From contig JAIXPZ010000042.1 of NCBI GenBank assembly GCA_027486005.1, positions 2,894-66,893 on the forward strand: a DNA stretch of 64,000 nt. The letters are read 5' to 3'. The notes below the pieces were generated by a model that searched no databases, was not told the origin of the DNA, and was given only the letters and a program-made list of their open reading frames with translations. Shown here one piece after another: positions 38,822 to 49,743 of this stretch (positions are counted from its first letter, which is position 1; each line of letters opens with the position of its first letter). Both the position numbers and the translations under genes were made by a program. Source of the DNA: Legionellales bacterium. Lineage in GTDB: Bacteria > Pseudomonadota > Gammaproteobacteria > JAGOUN01.

Positions 38822-39196
38822 ATGTGGTTAGTTATTTTAAAAAGTAGTTGGAAAAAAATTAAAAAAAGATTGAGATTTGTATCAATGATTCCGGCGAGTT
38901 CATTTGCGACGACGGATAACCCGTTTGATGTGATGGGTATACAAGACGATCTGGGTAATCAAGATATTGTGACGTGGTTTAAAGGTCTTCTACAAACGCA
39001 GTACATGCCACTCATTTTAGGAGCAGTAGGTTTGATGATTTTAGCCTCCAGTGCGATGCATATTCATCACGGTATAAAAAAGGCGCGCGAAGAGGGCAGC
39101 CAAGTGGCTATTACCGATTTCTCTAGTTCACTGATCGCTGCAATTGTGGGCGTGGCAATCATTGGACTCGGTTTCAGTATTAATGCGAATTGGTAG
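38822..39196 (+). CDS. ICE membrane protein, TIGR03745/DUF2976-like (pilin candidate)
   Basis: Two TM helices and synteny; start 38822 has a GGAGAG RBS. Confidence 0.55.
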   Translation: MWLVILKSSWKKIKKRLRFVSMIPASSFATTDNPFDVMGIQDDLGNQDIVTWFKGLLQTQYMPLILGAVGLMILASSAMHIHHGIKKAREEGSQVAITDFSSSLIAAIVGVAIIGLGFSINANW

Positions 39197-39202
39197 AAAG
39201 AT

Positions 39203-39565
39203 ATGTCATTACCTTCAAGCAAATACCTCAGCTACAAACATCCCTTGTGGTATGGCTGTACGTTACAAGAAATCATGATGATTTCGCTCGTGGGGCTTGT
39301 CGGTGTGAGTTTAGTGTTTGTTGTACTCCCTTGTCTTTTGGGATTACCTGCTTGGATCGGCATTATTGTGGGTGGCATTGCTATTAAAACAGTCGTCAAA
39401 CGAATGATTGTGGCCGTTGGAGATTGGAAAAAAGATAAACCCTACGGTTATCTCATGACAATCGTTTTTATTAAATGCGCAGATCTTGGAATGATGACGC
39501 TGCCTTATGTTCGACGCGCAGGTCCTTGGCGCACGGTTCGACGTCTTTATCGGAGAGAAAAATAA
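39203..39565 (+). CDS. conjugative transfer protein, TIGR03750/DUF3487-like
   Basis: P.WYGCTLQE, K.DKPYGYL, R.GPW motifs. Confidence 0.75.
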   Translation: MSLPSSKYLSYKHPLWYGCTLQEIMMISLVGLVGVSLVFVVLPCLLGLPAWIGIIVGGIAIKTVVKRMIVAVGDWKKDKPYGYLMTIVFIKCADLGMMTLPYVRRAGPWRTVRRLYRREK

Positions 39566-40203
39566 TGTTGGCTTTGTTTAAAAATACGTGGCGTAAAACC
39601 GATGAATATAAAAAATTGATTCGCCTGTATCAGATTATTCTTTTGATCTTGCTGGGATTTATTTTCCTACAACATGAACATTTAAATAGCGCACTAACGT
39701 CTCAACGTATTTATGTGACACCTACGCTTGAAACAGCCGGAGGATTTACGCAAGCGAATCATATATCCGATGAACTTTTATTTGGATTTGCGTTTAAAAC
39801 ATTTACTGAAATCAACACCTGGCGTGGTGGTGAAGACGTTGAAGAATATAAACGGCAAATTGAAGCGAATCGTTACTTTTTAACGCCTGCGTATTACGAA
39901 CAACTGACTGCGGACTTTTCTAAAAAGAAGATGTTAGGTGAACTCGCACGATTGCGCGTGTTATCAGGTTATCACGGAGAAGATTTCCAAGGAATGGATA
40001 TTAAACCACTAGGACCGAATGCATGGGAAGTGGATTTAACTTTACGTTTAGAAGAACGTGTAGGAGATACCGCTGTCAAAGATGTGTTGATTCGTTATCC
40101 GATTAAAGTCGTGCGTAGCACATTGACACCTGAATTAAATCCATACGGATTAGCAATTGATGGTTATGTGCGCGAACCTGAACGAGTGAACACATTAATT
40201 TAG
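39565..40203 (+). CDS. ICE protein, TIGR03746/DUF2895-like (TraE-like)
   Basis: INTW..G...Y, YFLTP, GEL..R, RYPIKVV, NPYGLAIDG. Confidence 0.85.
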   Translation: MLALFKNTWRKTDEYKKLIRLYQIILLILLGFIFLQHEHLNSALTSQRIYVTPTLETAGGFTQANHISDELLFGFAFKTFTEINTWRGGEDVEEYKRQIEANRYFLTPAYYEQLTADFSKKKMLGELARLRVLSGYHGEDFQGMDIKPLGPNAWEVDLTLRLEERVGDTAVKDVLIRYPIKVVRSTLTPELNPYGLAIDGYVREPERVNTLI

Positions 40204-40223
40204 TTACTTTAGCGCTTTGTGAG

Positions 40224-41102
40224 ATGAGAGGTTTGATAATGAATAAAATATTAGTACTTATGATTATGCTTTTGTGCTTACCACTATTGGCAAATGCACA
40301 GGCAGTGTCAACGCTGAATGATGCAGCACAATTGCAAGCAGAGCATGTCGTATGGAATAAATTACCCATTCAATTTTCAGTAGTAGTGGGTAAAGAACGT
40401 TTATTATCTTTTCCTGAAAAAGTGAAAGTCGTCAATGATGATCCAGCGCTTACAAGTGAAAAAGTGAGTATTTTAAATAATTCAGGCACGTTGTATATAA
40501 AAGCAAAACAAGTGTTTGAGCCTGTGCGATTGCGCATCGTGGTCGTTTCTACCGGCGAAACAATCTTAGTAGATTTATCAGGCGTTGCAAGCGGTGATGA
40601 TTTGCCCGTTGAAGTCGTGTTAGCGTCAAATACGTCGGTGAATATCAATAATGCAACTCAATCTAATAGTGCAACTGAAGGTACTAAAAAAAATAATGAA
40701 ACTGCGAATGTGGTTTCTTTAACACGCTTTGCAACACAGCAATTGTATTCGCCGACACGGCTATTAGAAGAGAACTCCAATATTTACCGCACACCCATGT
40801 ATACGCAAAAAACTGTGGTATTAACGAGCGGTGATAGTCTTGCTGCCTTTCCACTCATTTCTTGGCGAGGAGGGGATCTTTACGTCACGGCAGTGTTGCT
40901 TCGTAATAATTTACATCAAGCAATTTCGATTAATCCAAATAGTTTTTTAGGCTGTTGGCAATCCATCAGTGTTTATCCACTCACGACTTTAAGTGCAATG
41001 GGGTCGCAAGGAGATCGTTCTACCGTATTTCTTGTTTCAAGCGCACCCTTTGGTGATGCGCTTAAACAAAATTGTCAGGTGTCACGTGGAGGTTCATTAT
41101 GA
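40224..41102 (+). CDS. ICE protein, TIGR03749/DUF3438-like (TraK-like)
   Basis: W.KLPI...V.VGKERL..FP, LTRFATQQLYSP.RL, VTAV.LRN. Confidence 0.85.
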   Translation: MRGLIMNKILVLMIMLLCLPLLANAQAVSTLNDAAQLQAEHVVWNKLPIQFSVVVGKERLLSFPEKVKVVNDDPALTSEKVSILNNSGTLYIKAKQVFEPVRLRIVVVSTGETILVDLSGVASGDDLPVEVVLASNTSVNINNATQSNSATEGTKKNNETANVVSLTRFATQQLYSPTRLLEENSNIYRTPMYTQKTVVLTSGDSLAAFPLISWRGGDLYVTAVLLRNNLHQAISINPNSFLGCWQSISVYPLTTLSAMGSQGDRSTVFLVSSAPFGDALKQNCQVSRGGSL

Positions 41103-42403
41103 AGTGGACTACGGGAAAACTCTTTATTGTTGCAGCTGTTGTATTAGTATTTATTATTTTTTATTCAGTCATGCATAAAAAATCAGACAGCGCGCCTTCA
41201 CTTACAACACAAGCGATGCCGCATGATAAAGCCTCTGGCGATACCAATGAAGAAGTGATTAAAACCTTTGCAAAAGAACTCGCGGATGTAAAAGGTGAAA
41301 ATACTACACTTCAAAAGCAAATTACTTCTTTATCAACGCATGCCGATGAAGCATCGTTGAAAGTGATTGATACTTTAAGGGCGCAGGTCATTAAAAATGA
41401 AACGCAAATGAAGCAATTGGCCGTGCAAATGCGCGATGCATCTTCAAGTGATAAAAATAATTATGCAGTTCAAACAGATAGTTTAGATGATTCACCACAT
41501 GTTATACACGAAATTAATGATATCAGCCAAGCGCCCCCGTTATCACCTGAAGAAGTGCTTGCATTATCGAGAGCGGCTAAGAAATCAGCTTCAAAACCGA
41601 CAACCAATGACGAAGCGGTTAACACGGTTGAGCCTTATTATTCTATTCCACCTGGCACCAATGCAATTCATACCACGTTATTAACTGCGTTGCTCGGTGA
41701 AGTACCGAATAATGGCACGTTTCAGCAACCGCCGTTTCCATTTCAAGGAATGATTGGTCGCAAGGATTTATTGGCGGCGAATGGAAAAGAATTACCGCCA
41801 GAAGTGGGCGGCATGAAAATATCCGGTTATGCCATTGGGGTCGGAAGTTTTCTTGATAACCTTTCTTGTACGCGCGTCTATATCACGCAAGCCGTTTATA
41901 TTTTTAATGATGGGCATATTAGCGTGATTGGAAAGAACCAAGACACGAAAGATGTGGTCAATCCTTCAGAAACTTTAGGCTACTTAAGTGATCCATGGGG
42001 TAACACTTGTATTCCGGGAGAATATATTACCAATGCACCGCGTGTATTAGCCGCTCTCACTGCAACAGGTGTGGTTTCGGGTTTTGGCAGCGCGATTTCA
42101 CAAGCACAAACCACGACGTACACCGGCAGCCAAGATGCGAATACTGTTATGAACGGAAGCACTGTTAAGTATGGACTTGGTACGGGACTTTCGTATGGTA
42201 TGAATCAAGCTACCGATTGGATGCTCGACCGCTTAAAAGGTTCGTTTGATTTGGTGTACGTCCCTGCATCGCAAGATAACCATCCGACACAAGTGGTTGC
42301 AAACTTCACACAAATGATTCCGATTGATTTAGATGAAAAGAGTAGGAAATTACGTTATGAACATACGTCAGAATATCAAGTACAAGCCACAACGTTGGAT
42401 TAA
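41099..42403 (+). CDS. ICE protein, TIGR03752-like (TraB/VirB10-like)
   Basis: PYYSIP, LTALLGEVP, DLLAANG.ELP, GYLSDPWG..CI.G, FDLVYVP. Confidence 0.85.
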   Translation: MKWTTGKLFIVAAVVLVFIIFYSVMHKKSDSAPSLTTQAMPHDKASGDTNEEVIKTFAKELADVKGENTTLQKQITSLSTHADEASLKVIDTLRAQVIKNETQMKQLAVQMRDASSSDKNNYAVQTDSLDDSPHVIHEINDISQAPPLSPEEVLALSRAAKKSASKPTTNDEAVNTVEPYYSIPPGTNAIHTTLLTALLGEVPNNGTFQQPPFPFQGMIGRKDLLAANGKELPPEVGGMKISGYAIGVGSFLDNLSCTRVYITQAVYIFNDGHISVIGKNQDTKDVVNPSETLGYLSDPWGNTCIPGEYITNAPRVLAALTATGVVSGFGSAISQAQTTTYTGSQDANTVMNGSTVKYGLGTGLSYGMNQATDWMLDRLKGSFDLVYVPASQDNHPTQVVANFTQMIPIDLDEKSRKLRYEHTSEYQVQATTLD

Positions 42404-42824
42404 TTTTATTGTTGCGTCAGTACTGATTGCCAGCTTAACAAGCTGTGCAAGCAGCTCGAAATCAGGGTCAAAACAAGATCATCTGATTCCGCAAGAAGGT
42501 TTAACCGTACAACAAATATATCGCCAATCAAGTTCGGGTGAAAATAATGGCCTGTATGAAGGTGAATTTGGAAGTAGCAACGATGATCAATCGGTTGAAG
42601 CGGCACGCGCACAAATTCCTGCGGTATATCCAGCAACGGTACAAGCATCGCCTTTTCAAACACCTAAAACACAGTTTGCATTGATGGATAATCCCTCTGT
42701 GCCGATTTATGTTTATCCGCATTTAGTCAAGATGGGCAATGATGAAGTGCCGGTTGATGGCTATGCAACGACATTCTTTCTTTATTCACAGAATCACTAT
42801 GCACTACCTTGGGAGCATTATTAA
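42357..42824 (+). CDS. conjugative transfer lipoprotein, TIGR03751-like
   Basis: Lipobox LTSC; F..MDNP...YVYPHL, VPV.GY.T.F.LY...HYALP. Confidence 0.85.
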   Translation: MNIRQNIKYKPQRWINFIVASVLIASLTSCASSSKSGSKQDHLIPQEGLTVQQIYRQSSSGENNGLYEGEFGSSNDDQSVEAARAQIPAVYPATVQASPFQTPKTQFALMDNPSVPIYVYPHLVKMGNDEVPVDGYATTFFLYSQNHYALPWEHY

Positions 42825-45670
42825 TGTTGAATGTGCAACAAGCGTTAAAGAAATACTTTCGCCCCTTTATTGAAAAGAAAGACATTGAACGCCAACAAGA
42901 CATCTTTCCTTCTTTTTCAGAGCGCTTAGGCTTTGAAGAATGGTCAGAAAGTGAAAAATGCTTTTTATTACAAGATGGCAGGTCAGTCGCGCGTGTGTTT
43001 GAAGTACGTGATGTGGCGACCGATTCTCGCCCTCAAGAAATGATTAACGAATTTCATGAAAAAATTACACAGGCACTTTCTCAAATTATTCCACTTGAAA
43101 AAGAGAATCCTTGGGTACTACAAATTTTTGTGCAAGAAGAAGCAACGCTGGATCCTTTGATGCAACGTTTAAAAAACTATGTACCCGAGTCACAAAAAGA
43201 TGATTCTTTAACTCAAGACTATCTTGCGATGATGCAAGATCATTTAAGTTATTTGGCACAAAAGGAAGGTATTTTCAAAGATCCTTTGTCGGGCGTTGCG
43301 TTTAGAGGTAAAACCAAACGTATTCGTTTAGTGCTTTATCGCCGATTTTCACTGATTAAAAAAGGCGTGACTAAACCAGCAGAAAACTTGCTGGCATTGA
43401 ATCGTGTCAGTGAACAACTGATATCACGTTTACAAACACTAGGATTACTCGTCAGAACTTTGAAAGGGAAGCAGTGCTATGAATGGCTTGTACGCTGGTT
43501 TAACCCAGCACCACAACGTTTCAATCATGAGATCAATGAATTATTAAAAAAGAGACCCTATCCAAAAGAATCAGAAAGACCATTTGGCTGGAATATAGCA
43601 GAAAATATATTTTTTAATGAACCCAAAAGTACTTCTACCACTTGGCAGTTTGATGACATACATCACAAAGTGATGTGTCTACATCGATTAGAACGATTGC
43701 CAGAAATCGGCGCGATCACGAAAGAACGTAAGCAATCGTCTACGCTTTGTTATGCGCTATTAGATAAGTTGCCTGAGGGAAGTATTTTCTCAACCCATAT
43801 TGTCTTTGAAGACAGCGATACCATTGAAAAACATTTAAGCATTATTGAAAAAAGCGCAATGGGGTTTGACCGTGAACCTCAACTTATCAAAGCCGATATT
43901 GAAACGGCACGTTATGAAATGAAAAATGGGAATCGTCTCTTTCGTGTGGTTCACGCGATTTATTACGCGAGTCCAACGTTAGAGGGATTATCGTCGATTG
44001 AAAATCAAATTATGAATGAACTTAATCTTGTGAATTTGAATGCAATATTACCCGAGTATGAAAAAAATCCACTTGATATGTATTTACGCTTCTTGCCGAT
44101 GAATTTTGATTATCAGTTTGAAAAGCAACGCGTATTTCGATCGACCTATCAATTTGCAACGGAAGTCGCGGCACTTTTGCCGTTTTATGGACGTTCTCGG
44201 GGCGATGGGTTACATCCCTTATTTACACTTTTTAATCGAGGCGGCGAAGCGTTTATTTTTGACCCGTATCACAAAGATTTTAAAATGGCGAATTCGCATA
44301 TGTTTGTCGTGGGTGGTACGGGTGCCGGTAAATCGGTATTTATTAATACCGTCGTATTACCTTTACTTGCGATTAAGAATGCGCGTGTCTTTATTATTGA
44401 AGCAGGGGGCTCTTTTGATCTGTTAACGCAATACATTCGTAGTCATGGTAAAAAAATAACGCAAATGACGTTTGATCGAAAAAATCCCATTGCTATCAAC
44501 CCTTTTTCAGAAAGTTACGAAGCTCTTGAAAAAATCTTAGAAGAAGAGACATTTTTATTACAACAACGCGAGGCAAGTGAAGAGGATGCTTTAATAAAAG
44601 TGATTCATCGACATACTGAAAAAATTCAAGAAGTTTTAGATTCACCCGTTGAGAATGTGCGAAATAAGAGTGCTCAAAAAAGCGCAGAGGAAAATCGCGA
44701 TATTTTATCTGAAATGGTGATGGCGCTGCGTAATATGATTACAGGAGGTATGCCACAAGAAGAAGCACGGTTTACGTTAGCGGATTTGAATTTAATTAGT
44801 GAGACGCTCGTTGAAGCAATCAAAGAGTGTAAAGAAAATCATGTGCCGCAAGTACTCATTCAGCATATTGTGGAGTATTTTGAGAAAAAATCAAAAACCA
44901 TTAAAGCGGAATATCTTGCGCGTCGTTTAGATGAAATGGCACGTACCATGAAAAGCTTTACAACGATGCCGACAAAATCTCGATTTTTCAATCGGCCATC
45001 GGAAGCCCTTATGGATTCTGATTATATGCACATCAATCTTGGATTTCTTCAAGATACAAGTGATGCGAATAACATGGTGATGATGTCACTCTTGATGATT
45101 TCCTTGTTATCAAAAATATTATCCATTGCTGAAGCGAATCAGCGCAGTACACGGCCTACGATATTAATTATCGATGAAGCGCATATTCCCATGAAAAATC
45201 CTTTGGTCTGTGCTTTTCTAGTCTTGATGGCGAAAGTTGCGAGAAAATTGGGGCTCTGGTTAATTCCTGTCACACAAAACGTTAAAGATTTTAGTGATAA
45301 CGAAGCTAAAAAAGTACTCGCGATGATGGAGACGTGGTTGTGTTTAGCATTGTCGCCCGATGAAGTCGATAACGTTGAGCAATTGCGACAACTCACCGCT
45401 GAGCAACGCTCGCTGATTTTAAATGTTCAAAAACATGCAGGACTTTATTCAGAAGGGGTGCTTCTCAGTTCTCGTTATCAGGGTCTGTTTAGAAACATTC
45501 CACCCCGTTTTGCGCTTGCGATGGCGATGACCGAACAAAGTGAAAAAGCAGAGCGTCAGCATATTATGCAAGAAAATAATGTGTCTGAATTGGAAGCAGC
45601 CAAAGTGGTCGGTGAACGGTTAAAAAATATTACTCAAAAAACGCGAGAAGATGAGGGTTTTGATGATTAA
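42824..45670 (+). CDS. traC: conjugative transfer ATPase (VirB4/TraC, PFGI-1 class)
   Basis: FNRGGE, GGTGAGKS Walker A, IDEAH Walker B, RKLGLW, GLFRNIPP..LAMAMTE..EKAER. Confidence 0.93.
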   Translation: MLNVQQALKKYFRPFIEKKDIERQQDIFPSFSERLGFEEWSESEKCFLLQDGRSVARVFEVRDVATDSRPQEMINEFHEKITQALSQIIPLEKENPWVLQIFVQEEATLDPLMQRLKNYVPESQKDDSLTQDYLAMMQDHLSYLAQKEGIFKDPLSGVAFRGKTKRIRLVLYRRFSLIKKGVTKPAENLLALNRVSEQLISRLQTLGLLVRTLKGKQCYEWLVRWFNPAPQRFNHEINELLKKRPYPKESERPFGWNIAENIFFNEPKSTSTTWQFDDIHHKVMCLHRLERLPEIGAITKERKQSSTLCYALLDKLPEGSIFSTHIVFEDSDTIEKHLSIIEKSAMGFDREPQLIKADIETARYEMKNGNRLFRVVHAIYYASPTLEGLSSIENQIMNELNLVNLNAILPEYEKNPLDMYLRFLPMNFDYQFEKQRVFRSTYQFATEVAALLPFYGRSRGDGLHPLFTLFNRGGEAFIFDPYHKDFKMANSHMFVVGGTGAGKSVFINTVVLPLLAIKNARVFIIEAGGSFDLLTQYIRSHGKKITQMTFDRKNPIAINPFSESYEALEKILEEETFLLQQREASEEDALIKVIHRHTEKIQEVLDSPVENVRNKSAQKSAEENRDILSEMVMALRNMITGGMPQEEARFTLADLNLISETLVEAIKECKENHVPQVLIQHIVEYFEKKSKTIKAEYLARRLDEMARTMKSFTTMPTKSRFFNRPSEALMDSDYMHINLGFLQDTSDANNMVMMSLLMISLLSKILSIAEANQRSTRPTILIIDEAHIPMKNPLVCAFLVLMAKVARKLGLWLIPVTQNVKDFSDNEAKKVLAMMETWLCLALSPDEVDNVEQLRQLTAEQRSLILNVQKHAGLYSEGVLLSSRYQGLFRNIPPRFALAMAMTEQSEKAERQHIMQENNVSELEAAKVVGERLKNITQKTREDEGFDD

Positions 45671-46682
45671 TGTTTTAACGTTTCTTATCAGCTTTATTTT
45701 AATCGCCAGTTTTCCGGTAGCGAGTAGTGCGGACACAGCGCCACCCTCAACAATCACTACACCAGAAATTTTAGCAAAAATTTATCCGCATTATCTTGAG
45801 TATACACATTTTAAAATTATTGGAGAATGCCAGTGGCTGGATACCTCTTCAGGTGTACCCGTAACTCATACGACGTTAGAGCTTGATGAATATTTACCCG
45901 ATTTAATTGTCAGTGTGTTTAATGCAGCGGGAGATAATCCTTGGTGGGAAGCTGCCACGATGTTAGATATTGAATCGGATGCTTTAGGTTCATCACTTGT
46001 TTATGCGATGACCGGATTCCCGATGGGAACAGGACATAACGGATCGCAAAGTGGTAATCAACACGCCGATCATATTGTCATGAAAGAAGTCGATGTGATT
46101 GGTAACCCTCAAACATTTTATCAATTTCCGTTTGCAAAGTTGGATGTCGATACTGAGCCCTTTATGCCGTATTACCAATCAAGCTTGGATATGGGAGATC
46201 GTAGTGGCACGGCTGAATTATTGCGCCCAGAAGCTGTGGATCCTTTTGATTATTATGTGGGCCCTGATTTTTATAATCATTGGGGATATGAATTCCCACG
46301 ATCCATGACAGTTAATATCGATAACGATTATAAAGCATCTGTTGTGCTCGCACTCCATGCGGCAGATATCGTGACGAATAGAAATGCGTTGCACACGGTT
46401 CAATCGACAGAAGATTCGTGTGGAGATAATTGTGCGGTTGCGAATGTTATTGAAGAAATGAATGAAGAGCATGCGGTCTGGCAAGAAGTCTATCCAAATG
46501 ATCGACACATTAAGCTCGGCGAAGATGATTCGACAGAGCTTGAATCATTAGGCGCAGACGATGAAGACGCAGGTAATGGAAATTATGTGTTTGTGATTTG
46601 GAGACATTATAAGGGTTGTCAGCAAGCGCCCGGTCATATTGTGCTTAAAACTGTTTCTGTTCCTGATACAGAAAAACGTTAA
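45663..46682 (+). CDS. traU: TraU-family / TIGR03756-like ICE protein
   Basis: G.CQWL, YLPDLIVS, NPW.E, KEVDVIGNP, PYYQS.LD, WG..FPR, WR.YK.C. Confidence 0.8.
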   Translation: MINVLTFLISFILIASFPVASSADTAPPSTITTPEILAKIYPHYLEYTHFKIIGECQWLDTSSGVPVTHTTLELDEYLPDLIVSVFNAAGDNPWWEAATMLDIESDALGSSLVYAMTGFPMGTGHNGSQSGNQHADHIVMKEVDVIGNPQTFYQFPFAKLDVDTEPFMPYYQSSLDMGDRSGTAELLRPEAVDPFDYYVGPDFYNHWGYEFPRSMTVNIDNDYKASVVLALHAADIVTNRNALHTVQSTEDSCGDNCAVANVIEEMNEEHAVWQEVYPNDRHIKLGEDDSTELESLGADDEDAGNGNYVFVIWRHYKGCQQAPGHIVLKTVSVPDTEKR

Positions 46683-46707
46683 CTTTAAAGAGAAGGTAAA
46701 ATAAACC

Positions 46708-48120
46708 ATGAAAAAAAGAGAACTGATTTTATTATTGATGCGAGTAAGTTGTTTAAGTGGTTTATCGTCAGCTGCTTTTGCTTTAGATATGATTCCAGCT
46801 CAATCACATTATTATTATGATATGGGCGGCGGTTCACTTTGGAGTACGCCACCTGCAAGTCCCGACCAAAGTATTACCGTAGGCGGCGGCTCTAATAATC
46901 ATCTGGGCTATAGCTGTAACGCATTTAATCCCTCTGTGTCGATGGCCAATTCGATGAATAATATTGGAGATTCAGTCGAGGCCATGAGTGAGACGGTGCT
47001 GAGTTCCGCAACCACAGCAGTTGGTTCTTTTCCTATGTATGTTTTGGAAAAAGCGTCTCCTGAATTGTATAACCTGATTCAAAACTCAATGACGAGTGCT
47101 TCTGATACTTTTAATTTATCGACAAAATCATGCCAAGACAGCCTGGGTGATATTCGTGATGGAAAATCTCCTTATGAAGATTGGTTTTCAGTTTCCGATT
47201 CACAAGGTTGGATGAATTATGCAGATTCAGCCGCCGACGGCCAAGAAGTTGATATTAATACTGCACAAAAAACGTTGACGCAAAATCAAGGAAAATACGG
47301 TGTGCCTTGGTTTCATGACGGTGCTAATTCAGGCGGAAGTGTGGGAGATCAAGTGCCTATTCAAGCGCTCTATGATGTAACTGTCGCCGGATATAATATT
47401 TTAGTCGATCCATTGCGCCAAACGCGTACGTTAGATGATGTGAGCGCACCTCCTTCCAGTAATTTCTTAACGACGTATTGGACCACTCCAAAAGATGCGG
47501 GTGAATGGGGTCAATTGGTTCTAGGGGATATCAATATTTCTTCAGAAAAAACGGACGCTGCAACACAAACACACGCTGGTGTCGGTTTAATGCCCATTAT
47601 GAGCTCTTGTCCGCATGTAGCAAACTTTGAGAAAACATGCCCTGCGATTATTTCAGAAAATTTATGGGATTTGATTAAAGGAACGAGCTCACAAACACCG
47701 GATAATTTGCGTGAAGTGAGCGCTGATCAATTAATGATTTCACCGCAAGTGATTCAAGCGTTACAAAATCAAACGTCGGAAGAGCAAACCATTTCTGTGA
47801 ATGAAATTTCACAAGAGGTAGCATTGCAAAATTTAACGGATGAAGCGCTTGATTTTAGAAGAATTCTGATTGCAGGAATGGGAACTACGCAAGTGCAAAA
47901 CTTAGATCCCGCTAAAAAACAAGTGGCGACCTCTATTAAAACATTGGAACAAGATATTGATGAGCTTTCTTACGATGTCAATAAACGTAAAGAAATGATG
48001 TCTACTTCTCTTGTGAAAATTCTTGATCATGAAAGCTTGAAAGCCATCGATAGTCAGAATCAACGTGAAGAAGTGCCTGCGACGACGATGAGCAATGGGG
48101 CGGTTTACACTAATAATTGA
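46708..48120 (+). CDS. ICE protein, TIGR03755-like
   Basis: YY.MGGG, C..FNP, P.LYNL.QN, KSCQ, GVPW, AGYN.L, VLGD. Confidence 0.85.
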   Translation: MKKRELILLLMRVSCLSGLSSAAFALDMIPAQSHYYYDMGGGSLWSTPPASPDQSITVGGGSNNHLGYSCNAFNPSVSMANSMNNIGDSVEAMSETVLSSATTAVGSFPMYVLEKASPELYNLIQNSMTSASDTFNLSTKSCQDSLGDIRDGKSPYEDWFSVSDSQGWMNYADSAADGQEVDINTAQKTLTQNQGKYGVPWFHDGANSGGSVGDQVPIQALYDVTVAGYNILVDPLRQTRTLDDVSAPPSSNFLTTYWTTPKDAGEWGQLVLGDINISSEKTDAATQTHAGVGLMPIMSSCPHVANFEKTCPAIISENLWDLIKGTSSQTPDNLREVSADQLMISPQVIQALQNQTSEEQTISVNEISQEVALQNLTDEALDFRRILIAGMGTTQVQNLDPAKKQVATSIKTLEQDIDELSYDVNKRKEMMSTSLVKILDHESLKAIDSQNQREEVPATTMSNGAVYTNN

Positions 48121-48145
48121 AATTAGAAAAAAGTGGTAAAGAAAA

Positions 48146-49735
48146 ATGTTAGTAAATAATCCATTAGAACTGTATAGCGTTTATATCGGTTGGCGAGAAT
48201 ATGATTATATTTTCTCGGCACTCTATCAAATTGGTTTAACGTTATTGCCGTTTTTAATGCTGATTTTTGAAAACATTACGCAACCCTTTGAGCAGCCATT
48301 TGGTGATGCTGCTGATACGTCATTACGACGTGTCAGCATTGAACTTTTCTTTATGGCAATTATATTCATGGTGTGTGTTTATCCAAATTGGCCACTGCAA
48401 ATAAGTGATATTCAATATAAGCCACATTGTTCAACGACTGGGTCTGTTTCAACGCCAGGAAACTCAGGTACTACTTACGATTCTGTTTTTGATAATGCGA
48501 CATCGAGTGGAGAAGCCGTTTATATGCCACCGGCATTCGCCCTGGTGCTCAGCGTTTCCTCTGGACTTACGAATGGGTTGATCGAGTGGAGCATTCCCTG
48601 TGAAACCAATATGGTCACGATGATGAATCAAATGAGCCTGTCGCATTTTTCCAATGATTTATCGGAACAAATTAAACGGTTTAATAGTGAATGTTACCAA
48701 CGAGCGAATAATCAATTTCAAACGCAACAACCGAGTAGTTCGAGTTATCAATCAACCATGGAGGCTAATGGCGGTGAATCCGACTTGCAATGGATTGGAT
48801 CACATGTTTATCAATCACTTTACTATTCTAAGTTAACCTCGAATAAACCCGTGGCAGGTTTTCCGTACAGTCAATTTCCTTCGCAATATGTTGATGATGC
48901 CGTTGAAAAAGGAGAAATGAATACGCCAACCGATGGTTATCCAACATGTCAGCAATGGTGGAGTGATAGTACCTATGGTATTCAACATCGTATTGTGGAT
49001 GAAACAGATGCACAAACGCCCAGTAGTAGTTTTCTAGGAGCGCCTTCTTTTTCAGAGGATGTTGGGAATTATATCTCTCGCTCCAATCACACGTGGGGAA
49101 ATAATTTAAGCAAAGATGATTTCATCGCACGTCAAACTTTATATGCATCCGTGAATTCCGATGGAGCGCGCAGCGTAAAAAATTCTAGTCTGGATGCGAA
49201 TCAAGGTTTTATCGGTTCTCTTTCAGGAATGCTCGTTGATCTTGGACAATTAAAAAATCGTTATACCACGATGCCAGGACAACGCGCTGCAATTTCTGAA
49301 ATATATCCTATGATGCAAGCCTTTTTATATATGTTTATTGTGATGTTCATGCCGCTTGTTTTAGTGCTAGGTCGATATCGATTTCGTGTGTTTTTTACAC
49401 TTGCGATTCTTTTGTTTTCAGTGATTTTCTGTAACTTCATCTGGGAAATGTTGCAATGGTTTGAAAGTGCATTATTAGAAAGTTTATCGAATCCTGCTAT
49501 ACCTGGAGCACGCTTTTTACAAAACTCAGCGCTTTCTACATTCTTTACGGTTTTATACGTCATTGCACCTATGTTCTTTTTAAGTTTGATGAGTATCGCT
49601 GGGTATCAAGTTGGCAGCGTTATGGAACGATCATTTTCTAGCGGCACAGGTACATCTGCTAACGTTGCATCGCAAGCAGTTTCTGCATCTAGCGTGATCT
49701 CTGGAGCAAAGAAACTAGGGAAGTTTTTATTATGA
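48146..49735 (+). CDS. traG: TraG N-terminal-domain mating-pair stabilisation protein
   Basis: NPLELY....GW, F..ECY..A, WIGS, GYPTC.QWWSD, PM.QA; C-terminal TM helices. Confidence 0.85.
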   Translation: MLVNNPLELYSVYIGWREYDYIFSALYQIGLTLLPFLMLIFENITQPFEQPFGDAADTSLRRVSIELFFMAIIFMVCVYPNWPLQISDIQYKPHCSTTGSVSTPGNSGTTYDSVFDNATSSGEAVYMPPAFALVLSVSSGLTNGLIEWSIPCETNMVTMMNQMSLSHFSNDLSEQIKRFNSECYQRANNQFQTQQPSSSSYQSTMEANGGESDLQWIGSHVYQSLYYSKLTSNKPVAGFPYSQFPSQYVDDAVEKGEMNTPTDGYPTCQQWWSDSTYGIQHRIVDETDAQTPSSSFLGAPSFSEDVGNYISRSNHTWGNNLSKDDFIARQTLYASVNSDGARSVKNSSLDANQGFIGSLSGMLVDLGQLKNRYTTMPGQRAAISEIYPMMQAFLYMFIVMFMPLVLVLGRYRFRVFFTLAILLFSVIFCNFIWEMLQWFESALLESLSNPAIPGARFLQNSALSTFFTVLYVIAPMFFLSLMSIAGYQVGSVMERSFSSGTGTSANVASQAVSASSVISGAKKLGKFLL

Positions 49736-49743
49736 AAATAATA